This document shows positions 14,218-25,468 of a stretch of 64,000 nt of DNA, one piece after another. A model generated the notes under the pieces. The model was not told the origin of the DNA. It did no database searches and saw only the letters and a list, made by a program, of their open reading frames with translations. Position numbers and translations under genes: made by a program. Source of the DNA: Lama guanicoe (lineage: Eukaryota); NCBI GenBank assembly GCA_013239625.1, contig MU054323.1, positions 19,362,819 to 19,426,818 on the forward strand. The letters are read 5' to 3'. How positions within the stretch are numbered: position 1 is the first letter of the stretch; every line of letters starts with the position of its first letter.

Positions 14218-17200
14218 CTGAAAGAAAGGTGACAAAAGTCGTAAAGACAATGCCCTCTCTAGGCTGACTTATATTATAATCAAAGTCTCTCTTGTGTCTG
14301 TCTCTGTCTCTCCCTAAATTGATACAGAGCGATGATCTCAGGTGACTAAAGGAGACTGGGAATTGCCTTTTACTCTGATGTCCCAGCGTTAACCATTATG
14401 GTCTTCCCTAATGTTCAAGTGCTTGGAGATCAGCGTCAACCTCCACAGGAATCAGTTCCTGGATAAGAAAAAGTTAGGATCCACAGTGAGAGGCTACTTT
14501 CTGTTAAAGTCCCTAGCTTTTATTTAGAATTTTCTCTCATTCTGACCCCAGATACCTAGATCTTGCCTGAGTCTTAGCTGTCTGGATCCAAGACTTATTT
14601 TTATACCCCTACTTCTTAAATGAGTGTACTAACCATTCTTGAGCACAAGGGTTAAACCAAAGAAAGTGTGCATAACCATAGAATAAATATGATGCAAGTT
14701 CCTAGAGAATGAATCTTTGTCTTGATAGCAATATAAAAACATTTAAACAAACGTGAACATACAACGAATAACACGCTGCAAAATATAAATAACTTTAAAA
14801 AATTAAACTTGAGACTTCAAACTACTTCATTTGGGTATCAAGCAAGTTTCCTTGGTTGTGTTTATTGATTCACCTCACCTATCAGGAACTCTTCATTAGA
14901 AATCTTGCAGGGTGGAAAAGAACTTACTTGTTAGCAATTCCTTCTCCTAAGCTTCTACAATTCTTTGGGGACATTACTCACACTGCATTTTAATTATCTG
15001 ATTGCACGCCAGGCCCTTCACTTTGCTAGCTGGACAAAGATACAGTCAAAATCCTTGACAGCAAATTCCCCGAGTGACAAAATGAATTGCTGATATTTAC
15101 AAAATAGGATTCAGTCTAAGCTAATGTAAGTGTCATCTGGACTAAATTGGCTCACTTTGACACTATGTAGGATTAGGAAATATACTTTACATATATTTCA
15201 AAAGACTGCAGTGTCATCTTTTTAATGATCTGGTCCTATCAGGCAATATATTCATTTATTTAAATAATGGGATCTTAAACAGTGTTGGCATTATGGAGTT
15301 TAAAGATTTTTTTACATAGAAAATTATTTCAGAAAAGCAAGTACAAGCGTAAAAGAAAAAAATTTTAGTCGAGTACATGCAGCTGATGATCAAGTTCACA
15401 AAAATTGCCAGCCTGTTTTCTAGTTCAAATGAACGCTCTGGGAAGAAATATCGAAATTTTTTAGTACGAGTCAATAAAAAGTAAAATATTAGTTTGCATT
15501 GTAACATTAGGAGGAAAAAAGAAATTTCCATTTTCAAAGTGAAACTTAACAAATGTGAATCACAGCACACAAATCACAGCTTGTTTTCATGGTAGAAAAG
15601 AAGTAAGAAGCAGATATTTCACCTTTTCAACTGATTCTTTCTGCAGATACACATAATCAAGCCCTCGGTTATAGAAAGGACTGTCCCATGAGAGGGTCTG
15701 ACTTGCTGCCACTTCTTTCTACTTAGTGCACGACTCTGGGAAATTTGCAACTTGATATAATAAAAAGCCTTCTTGAGAACAGCCACCACTGGGTACTAAA
15801 ACATGTAACTCAATGGTCTCTCTAAGCCTCTCCAAACCACAGGGTTTCAGGTCTGATCTGGAGACAGAAAGATGGGCTGGACTCCATGGGGTCTCAAAGC
15901 CAACCAAGAGCTATGACTCAGTCATGTTTCACTTTGACTTATTAGCATCTTCTTAAACTTACATCTATTCTCAGCCCACAAGAGTTGTAAGTATCTCTCT
16001 TATAACAATGATGCTTTGGCAAAAGGGACCAATGGGTGTTTGTTGTCCAAATAGTATGGGTCACTCTCTGATTACTACTGAACTTTTTACTTTCCTATAT
16101 TCTGATTTCCCCAAGGCCCAAACTAACTATATTTGGCTTATGGTGAAATAACTAATGAATGCTTATTTTCACGGCAATCTTTGGATATTCCAGGAATCCC
16201 ATTTTATGTCTGTTATTTCAAAAGTAACTTTAATAATACCAAATTTATTCTTTGCCTGTGTCAAGGTGAAAGCTAACAATTAAATAAGTCAGATTATTCT
16301 TACTTAGTTGCAAAACTGCAGTAGGTACAATCCTGACTGTAAATGTCACATTCAACAGAAGTGAATTCAGGTTATCCAAACTCAGAATCACCAAAAGGCG
16401 AAAGCTTACGTCAACAGAGATTATTTCAGCACCTATCCCGAAAAGGTATAACTGTATCAAGTTTATCACTTTGTCATTATGCATTGAGAGCATTCTAGTC
16501 CTCTGGAAAGAACACAGTGAAAACCCTATCAACTTGCTCACCAGCCTAACTGGGACACAGGGAGGTGGAAGGGAAGCAGGAAGGGGAAGGTAATCATGTT
16601 CTCATGGAACAAAACTGCTAGACAGAAAGCATGTGATCCTTTTCACGCAGGGGTTCCCAACTGCTAAAATTTCCAGTTCCCTCTTTCTAGTTGGTCCTAT
16701 TTAAAACAGAAGCCCTGTGTTATTAAAGTAGAAAAAAATGGAAGTCAAACTGGCACCCGGTAGAAAGCTTTGAAAGTAAAATGCTAAGAACACCAGGAGC
16801 CAGTTTAAAATACATATATATTTTTTACGTACATAGAAGCATAAAATGTCCACAGCAATTGGCATAAAGTATACCTAGCTTGGAATACCTCTGTATGAAG
16901 TTTAAAATTAAAAATGTACTCTTTATATATGTATACAGACAGAGAAAGAGTCATTCAGTAAGAAGTTTATCAGTCTACAAGGAATATTCCATGAAAGAAA
17001 AAGAATGTACCTCTTTTTCCAAGTGCCTTCATTATCTGAAGTAAATCTATAATGCTAGTGGTACTCCACTGTATCTCTTCAGAAAGCAGTGATGCTGGGG
17101 GCAGTTTACATCACTATTGCTATAAAGTAGAGGAGATGTAGGTTGCTTTATGTTACAATATATGTTTTGAGTAAAATCATATTCATTAAGGCAAAGTTAA

Positions 17201-18122
17201 CAAGAATAATTATCAGGATTTCTACAACCTACAAACCTGTCCATTTAAAATAATCATGTCTTCCAATTCAGTTGGTTTATTAAAAATATATTTTCCCCTT
17301 GTCAGGTCTTCCGTATTTTGGCAAGTGTCAGTATTTTCCTCTCATGATATAGGTGGTGGCCACAGTTGATAAGCAGTGCACAGCTGCTTCATTCTTCTGG
17401 TCACTAATGCAAAAAGATCTGTGGACCAGATGCCTCTGACTGGGTGCCAAAGGTGTGTGCTGGTCCTCAGGACAAGCCTAGTAAAATTAAGTTTAAGCAA
17501 TCAAATCATCCAACAAGACACACCTCAAGTCATGGTGGGCAGATTCTAGCATAAAACACAAGAGTTAAACCTTTCCACAGTGCTTATAACAGGGTGACCA
17601 AAGGGTCGTAGATTGGGGTAGTAAAGAAAAATAATGTTTAGTTAGCTGCAAACAGAACTAAAAAAAGGTTAAAAAAAGTGTATATCAAAATGATAAATTA
17701 CAGACATAAGTACAGATGTAGGAAATGCGTAACACTGTCTTTGTTCTAAACATAAGAGTTTCTGCCAATAAATAAAGTGAAGCATTGATCCATCCTAGGT
17801 ACTCAGTCTTTGCACCTTAGCAAGACCCCTTCCTCACTTGAGCATGCATTCAGGTGTTGACTGGTCCCTGCGTTCACAGTGATTATTTCTTAATATGGAA
17901 GTCAAAACAGACATCTTATAAGCAAGTGTATTTTACCACTTTGGAGTTTTGCCAACTGAGGGCTTTAGAATTACAATGAATATGATTTCCATAGGATAGC
18001 TGCAAATCTGTCTAGCAACCAGAGCAAGAGCAAGAAATGGGGGAGTGGTGGCAAGAGGAGAGGCAGTCAAGTATTATTTCTAAGCTAAGCCTAGAAAATC
18101 CATAACCTGATCAAAGAGAAGG

Positions 18123-18272
18123 CAGGACCAGCTAGATAATCTGTGGGACTCAGTATGAAATAAGAACAGAGTCCCTTATTCAAAAGTTAAGAACTTAAGA
18201 CAGGAAGAGGAAAGCAAGTGTGGGGCCCTTCTAAGTGCAGGAGCCCACATGACTGCACAGGTGTGAAGCCCT
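18123..18272 (-). mobile_element. MER45A-like hAT non-autonomous DNA transposon
   Basis: caggaccagctagataatctgtggg...cccttattcaaaagttaagaac...ggggcccttctaagtgc...gactgcacagg follows the recalled MER45A consensus. Confidence 0.75.
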
Positions 18273-18968
18273 AGGAGAGGGCATCCTATGTGGAGAAATG
18301 GTATAGAAATGGTGTATGTAAAGGCTCAGAATGCAAAAGAAGTGAATGGCAGAAAAGAAGCCCAGCATTAGGGAAGAACTCGAGCCTTATAGAAGATGGC
18401 AAAAAGTTGCAAGGTTCCAAAGGAAATGACTAAGCACATGTGCAGGTTGGCTTGCTGTAACTCCAGGTAAATCAACTACATCTCAATTTAAAAAAAAAAA
18501 AAAAAGAAATGAGAAACCACTTAAAGTTTACAAAAAAAAGAAAAAAATGTAGACGATGAGACAGTGAACCAGAGAAAGACAGTCTGTAACTCACAGCACA
18601 GCAGACCAGCAGGAGCCCCAGCAGGGCAGCACCATTCCCCCTGTCCTCATCTCCCACAGGGTGATGTGAAATCCTAGACGGCAGCCACACTGGCAGCAGG
18701 CCTCACCACACTTGTGGAACCCAGGGCTCAGGGCGCAGCAACTTTTAGAGCAAACAGCAAACAAGCCAGTCTCTCCCCTCTCCCAGGGAACGTGGCCCTA
18801 TGACAGCCAGGGCGTTGTGGCTGCCTTAACTGCTCATCCAACAGCTACAGAAACGGCTCAGGATGAGAGCGCCCCAGGCCTTGTGTTTTAGCTTACTCAG
18901 GGGCCTGGGGTGCACCGCCTCTCCCAGCAAACTGTGAGAGAAACACCTGTGCCCTTGAAACTGGATCT

Positions 18969-19600
18969 CAGTTGTGGGTTGATTGTGTCTCCCAAAAAGA
19001 CATGCACAAGTCCTCACCTTCAGTACCTCTGAATGTGATTCTGTTTGAAAATAGAGTCTACAGATGTAATCAAGCTAAGCCGAGGTCACACTGAATGGGG
19101 ATAAGCCCTAATCCAATGACTGGTGTCTCTGTCCAAAGAGAGATACAGATCCATGCCCAGTGATGATAAAGGCAGAGACTGGAGTGAAGCTTCTACAATC
19201 AACCCCACCAACAGCTGTCAGCAGCTGCCAAAGCTAGGCGGGAAGCAGGCAACAGAACCTCGGGGAGGCATGGCTCAGAGGGAGAGCGCGTGCTTAGCAC
19301 GCATGAAGTCCTGGGTTCAATCCCCAGTACCTCCATTTAAATCAATCAATAAATCTAATTACCTCCCCCCTGAACAAAAGAAAAAGAAAAGCAAACAAAA
19401 TAGAGATTTCAATATATGAATGGGGGAGGGTGGGAATACAAAGCATTCCATAGCACTCTCAGTGCCTCCACAAGAAACCAACCCTGCCAACACCTTGATT
19501 TCAGGCTTCTAGCATCCAGACTCCTAAGACAATAAATTTATGATGTTTTAAACCACCCAGTTTGTGGCACTTTGTTACAGCAGTGGTAGGCAATGAACAC
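18969..19600 (+). mobile_element. MaLR solo LTR (MLT1B/C-like), interrupted at 19262-19455
   Basis: gttgtgggttgattgtgtctcccaaaaag...ccctaatccaatgactggtgtc...aaccaaccctgccaacaccttgattt...ccacccagtttgtggcactttgttacagcag. Confidence 0.85.
19262..19400 (+). mobile_element. tRNA-Ala-derived SINE (camelid vic-1 type)
   Basis: ggggaggcatggctcag...gtgcttagcacgcatgaagtcctgggttcaatccccagtacctcc with A/B boxes, then AT-rich linker, C-run and A-rich tail. Confidence 0.85.
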
Positions 19601-22600
19601 CATTTCCTTTGGTATGCTATCAAGATGGGAAGTGTACCTCTGGTATATTGAGACAGGGAATCTGATATCAAGCTTTGTCATTATGAAGTTCTTCCAGACC
19701 TAAGCTGGGTGCTTATTAGAAGTCTGTTTGCGTATTTACTGTGGGACACCCTGGCTTTAGTTGGAAGTATCCTCATACCCTGTGGATTGAATGTCAAAAC
19801 AGAAATTCGGAGCTGCAGCCAAGATCTCTTCATCTTGAAGAGATATGACAGGAGGGTGAGAACACCTTAGCAACCTTGACCAGGTAGGCACACTCTAAGG
19901 CAAAGGAGATTCACCAGATGTATGTCCTTCTTTGAAATAAGTGAATCAACAGGCATCAAGGATCACAACACTTAACTGTAATTAGAGTACATACTGCAAG
20001 CAGCAAGCCTGTCTAGCCTACATTTCTGTTTTTGGTAAAATGCCCCTCCGCTGGCAGCTTCAGTCAATAGGGTTGGACCCTGACACCATGTTTCTATCAC
20101 ATTCTACCAACCCTGACCACACTGGATAAAGCTAAGGTTCAGACCTCTGGTCTATGGGCTGAGACAAATTCTCCCTTCTTGGGAGAATCAAACTAAGACA
20201 TATAAACTGGGAAGCAGCTGGAAATAGCCTCTAAACCTAAATGTTGTCATAAGCTTAGAAGCTGGGGCAACCACACTCAGACGATGTGCACCGATGACCA
20301 CCAAGGCTGCATCTGTAGCAACGAAGAGACGAGAGACCTGTGAAAGTGGAGGGGTAAGGGTGGAAAGTTTCTTGGGCTTCGCTGGCATCCCTGCTCTCAG
20401 GGCTGATTTTTCTTGATGTTCAGTTGTACACTCTACCTTTGTTTCTCTGAAATATCTCTCTCTCTTCATGATAAAACACTCTTATACCATTTTAATGGAA
20501 TTTCCATTTCTTCTAATCAGATACCTTATTTCCTTGATATAGAGATATGGTTCCCTAGTACAAATCAAGAATGGAAAGATACCATTTTTAAGGAAAGTGA
20601 CTCCTCAGAAGGGGCACCAATATAAATAACCTTCTAGTGGGTAGGGTGGAGAGAGCAACTCTAAGCCAGCCAATAGTCAAGGGGACACAGTACCAGTCTG
20701 AGAGGCCCCAGAAGAGCTACTGCCAAAGGAAACAGGCTCCACATAGCTGCCAAGCCCTATGAGAACTACACCCAATGAGAGATGCCATGAGCCGTAGTGT
20801 CTGTTACAGCCAAGAACTTATCATTAGGTAAATCATATTATCTGCAACTTTTCCACCTCAGGGTGAGGAACTGCTGGGGGAGACCCGGGGCATCCTCCTT
20901 ATCAGTTTCAGAGCAGGACTTAAGAGAAAACTGTTCTTTTGTTATCTTTCTCACTGAGGAGAAAGAAGTAATATTGGCCTTCTAGAGAAACTGGTGCAGT
21001 TTAAGGAAAAGAAAACCGAGTCAGAACTTAAGATCAAGATTAAATTCCTACATGCAAGGGGCTACGGACTAGACTGAACTTATGAGATCCTTCGTTTCTC
21101 CTTAAGTGTAAACTGAGAACCAATGTATTAATTCCTGCATGCTGGGATTGCTCCATTACAGATATTCACAGTGATTGTACCACTGAATGGATATCAAGGT
21201 CACCATGCTGACTAGGGTCCTGTCGTGACCATCAGTCAGACACCAAGAGTAAGAGAAAGTTTTAGTATTCGAACTTGCAAGACCGAACGGGCTACAAAGT
21301 AGAAGCCCAAGACTCAACAATCCCTGATTATACTGTGTCCTGAAGTGAGGACACTTTGAAATAATTTGTGCTCTATCGGAATTTTCACTTTTTAGCAGGA
21401 ATCCATTCATTTTCTTGATTTAGTTCCCATAAATTGAAATTGAAGTTTTCTTTGAAATTTGAGCCCTGGGCTGGGATCACTTCAAAGGGCGTGAAACGTG
21501 CCTGCTACCTCACTTGCTCAGCAGAAGGCAATGTTTACATTCTGCTGTTTTTTTCCTAGAAAAAAATAAATAAACCCTGTACGAGAGTCCACTTGAGTTA
21601 CTCATGTAAGAGATCTGCTGAACACAACATAAAGTCTGTTTTTTAAGGAGTATCTCTTCCTGAGATGTGAGGAAATATACATGAACGAACTGTTCCCCAC
21701 AATGCCACCCATGGACTAAATCTACAAATCAAATGGTTCAACGAATCTTTTCTTTCACGCCTTTGCAGTCTAAAAGCACCAGCTCAAACAATTTTTCCCA
21801 TCAAGTATGTATTCATCAACTACATGCAATTAACGGTATTATTTGAAATCTTCCTGCTGTGGCTCCATCTTGGGACAAGGGCATCTAACTTGTGAGATGT
21901 TTCATCAGGATGCGAAGTAAAGAAATAAAGAAATGTTGATTTGTCCCCACCAACTGTGGCCTTTGATACTCTGAATCAAAGCTGTCATCCAAATAACCAA
22001 CCTAAATAACCCATTTTAAGAATAAAAGGCTTTGGGAGTAATCTATAAATAGTTTCATATTAAGTATTCACTTGATAAAAATAAAAATGGAAGTACAGGA
22101 AACTTTGATTCTTTGGGGACAAAAAAAAGATGAATTACAGGTAGTAAAGACAGAATATCTGGTCTTTTACTTTTTCCCTAATGCATCAAATTAATGCATC
22201 TTTCAATTTAATTAAGTCTTTGAGTCCCTTTTTTTAACTGTTGTTCTGAAAATACAAAGCCTGCTGAAATGGAATGAGAGTAGGTTAGAAAACCTCAATT
22301 GTTCAGTGGTGAAAAAATAGCAATAGAATACAAGTGAAACTTAAACACCGTTAACTCTCAATGCAGGATAACATTTGAAATTTAATCCCCAAATAGCTTT
22401 CAGAGTCACCAGACCTAAATACACTGAAATGACAACAACTTGATCTCAAGTTAAAATGCATTACTAAAATCCTGATATTTCAAAGAGACAAAAAAAAAAA
22501 AAAGGAGTTGACGTTTACTTCATACAGTAACATTAAACTCAGAACATGTAGGTATGTGAAATAAAACATCCCTGAGGAATTCACTGTCCTTTGTATTTTA

Positions 22601-23649
22601 GTTTGGATTCTGGAGATCGTGACATGCATATATATCAGTCACAAGTAAATGTTATGCTCCATCAAATGCTCATTCCAGATTCTTCATCTATTTTAAGAAG
22701 CCAGTTTTTTAAAATGCAGTCTCATTTTTGTTAAATTAATCCCTCTAAAAAGAAACGGCAAGTCTTTATACATATGCCATCCTCTTTTTTCTCAGTGAAG
22801 TCTACTGAATACACTTAATTCCATTTCCACAGTGAGTAAACATCAAATGAGATTTTCTGTTGTTCTCTACTAATAAGGAATTTTCATCTTTCTTACAGGC
22901 TTTTATCATGAAAGTGCCTGTTAGGTCATTTCTGCAGAGTCAGGAGTAAAGAAACAGACTAGGAAGGCTGAGGCATTGAGAGGTCTACTCCAGTGGTGTT
23001 TCCACTGGGGACAGCAGCCATCTTCTGACTCCCTTCACCACCACCACTCAAGGTTTAGTGACAGCAGCCTGGAAACAAGGATCTTAATTCCCTTCACCTA
23101 TTTGCAGAATTAATCATCATACCAGCAACCTCTGCTCAGTGCAGCTATTGTGACTAAAGCAGGCTACGCCTCACCAAGGGTGAACTTACTGCTTAAATTT
23201 ACGCAGCTCCGGTTCACACAACAGATTCAGAGCCCACTTTCAAAAAACAGTTCTTGTTGACATAATATAAAGATTTAGAAAATTATTATCATTGGATCCC
23301 AATTATCTTAAGAAAGAACTGTTAAGTCTTAACTGTAATGAACTATTTGGGGTCTCTAATTCATTTGCCTGGTATTTTCTAGGAGCCAGGTCTAAACCAA
23401 CATGGCATAAATACCAAAAGTAGGATTTAAACTACTTGGAAATTGGGTGTAGACAAACACAATCTTATTTTGCAGCACTAGGCAGTGTTCCTATTCAGGG
23501 AAAGGGAAAATAAAATTGAAATCTTTTGTTGGTTGTTTCCATCCACAAATCATTAATAACTGAGGAAAGACTATGCATCGCATATCCATGAATATAACGG
23601 AGATCTATTCAAACCTCCTTTCTGTCTGTTTTCCCTTTCTGTGTTCTTA

Positions 23650-24245
23650 GTTTCCGCAACATATTTAATCATGTACTGAGCACCTGACTGTGGGCCAGGC
23701 ACAGACAGCAGACAGTAAAGATGCAGCAGCAAAGAACACACACGTGATCGCGAAACTGACACTCTACAGGAGGGACACCGATAATCAACCATTTAAAGGC
23801 ATTAGCAATATAATTTCAGAAAGTCTTCAATAATGTGAAGAAAATAAAACACAAGATGTGCTAGAGACTCAAGGGGTGAGAGCAGGTTAGCGTGGGGGTC
23901 AGAAGCAGCTTTCAGAGGAAATGACGTTGATCCGAGACTGAGTAACAGGAAGTAGGTGCCCCTGGATGCACTGTTCCAGGGAGAGAGAACAGGCAGTGCC
24001 ATGCTGTGGTGGGATGGATGTGGCACATTCCAAGAACAGAAAGAACCTCGGAGTAATAGATCTAGGGGGAGAAGAGAATGGAGATGAAATCAGAAAAATT
24101 AGCAGCAACGGATTAGGTAGAGTCTTGTACGCCACTGTAAGAAGTTGGATATTATTCTAAACACAATGAAAAGCCACTGGATGAATTTAATTAAGGGAAC
24201 GATACGATTTAATTTACATTTTTTAATTTCCTTCTAGCTTCTGGG
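23650..24245 (-). mobile_element. L2 LINE 3' fragment
   Basis: catgtactgagcacctgactgtgggccaggcac...gttccagggagagagaac...aagaagttggatattattct...aagccactggatgaattt. Confidence 0.75.
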
Positions 24246-24914
24246 ACCAGAGAAGTGGTTCACATCAAGTTTTCTGTTCCAGTGGGCAGAGAGCTCAGGG
24301 CAAGGCTCCCTCAGTCTGAATGTATCCTGCGAGGGTACTTCACTTAATACGTGTACATCCCACGTGAGGCCAGCTACAGCCAGCTCTCCAGGCATGAGGA
24401 GAGGACTCAGGTCACTCTTCCTGCCATGTTAAGTTACATCATTTCATGAAATAAAGAACCAGCAATACAAGGAAATCCACCAACTGGACAGGCTGTAACT
24501 GGACTACAACTGAAGTTATACTGTAACACACATTTATAAAATGCAGAAAAAATCCAGTGTGCAGAGAACAGAAAGATAATAAATCCTGGTTTGCAGCATT
24601 CAGTGATTGCACTAAGAAGTTGCAAGTCTGTTTGTACTGAATGTAAATGGGAAACATTATGGATCGTTGCCTAGCAAAGGGGGAAAACGCTTTGTCACAT
24701 ACAATATTTCTGATGGTTGCTTGCTGAACATGAAGTGATTGATATTTCCTAATGCACATTGTTTAAAAGGCACTTTTTATGGGCTGTAGTCCTATAAATG
24801 ATCCTTTTTAATGGCCATGAATTCTCAACAAGCTGAAGCAGAAAAGGAAAAACAAATCTCCAAGGTGAAATAAGCCTACAGAGGCCAGCCTCAGAGAAGT
24901 GGACAAGAAAACAG

Positions 24915-25130
24915 TAATGACTATGTGTCAGGCATTTCTCATAGCTATGTCATGTCACTCGTGCAGGACCCTCCCGGTGAAGGGCACCGTCCCGTTCTCA
25001 GAGGTAGAGAGACTAAGGCTCAGAGACGTTAACAGAGCCTGATCGTTATCATAAAATGAGTAAGCATCAGAGCTGTCTCTGTAGTCACAGCTAGACCTGA
25101 CTACAGAGCCTGAGCTCCTCCCGTAGCATC
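24915..25130 (-). mobile_element. MIR SINE
   Basis: actatgtgtcaggca...cagaggtagagagactaaggctcagagacgttaa...cctgactacagagcctgagctc. Confidence 0.65.
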
Positions 25131-25342
25131 AAGCAAGGTCAAATCCAGAAATAAAGAAACTGGATGTTACATTCCAGGGGAGTGAAGTAGATGAATCTCT
25201 GGAGAACATATGTTCATAACCAACCCACGTGTCCCTCCAAGCAACCTCCCATTACCAACACTGCTGATCTTTGCTGCCACCGAGGACTCAGAACTACTGT
25301 GAAGGAGGCTACTTCCACATGGTCCCTCAGACCCCTTTGGGG

Positions 25343-25468
25343 TTTTTTCTGGGGTAGGGGGGAGTGGGTAATTAGCTTTAATTTATTTTAATGGAGGTAC
25401 CGGAGGTTGAACCCAGGACCTCGTGCATGCTAAGCATACACTCTACCACTGAGCTATACCCTCTCCCC
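25343..25468 (-). mobile_element. tRNA-Ala-derived SINE (camelid vic-1 type)
   Basis: Reverse complement reads ggggagagggtatagctcagtggtagagtgtatgcttagcatgcacgaggtcctgggttcaacctccggtacctccattaaaataaatt, then a C-run and A tail. Confidence 0.9.
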
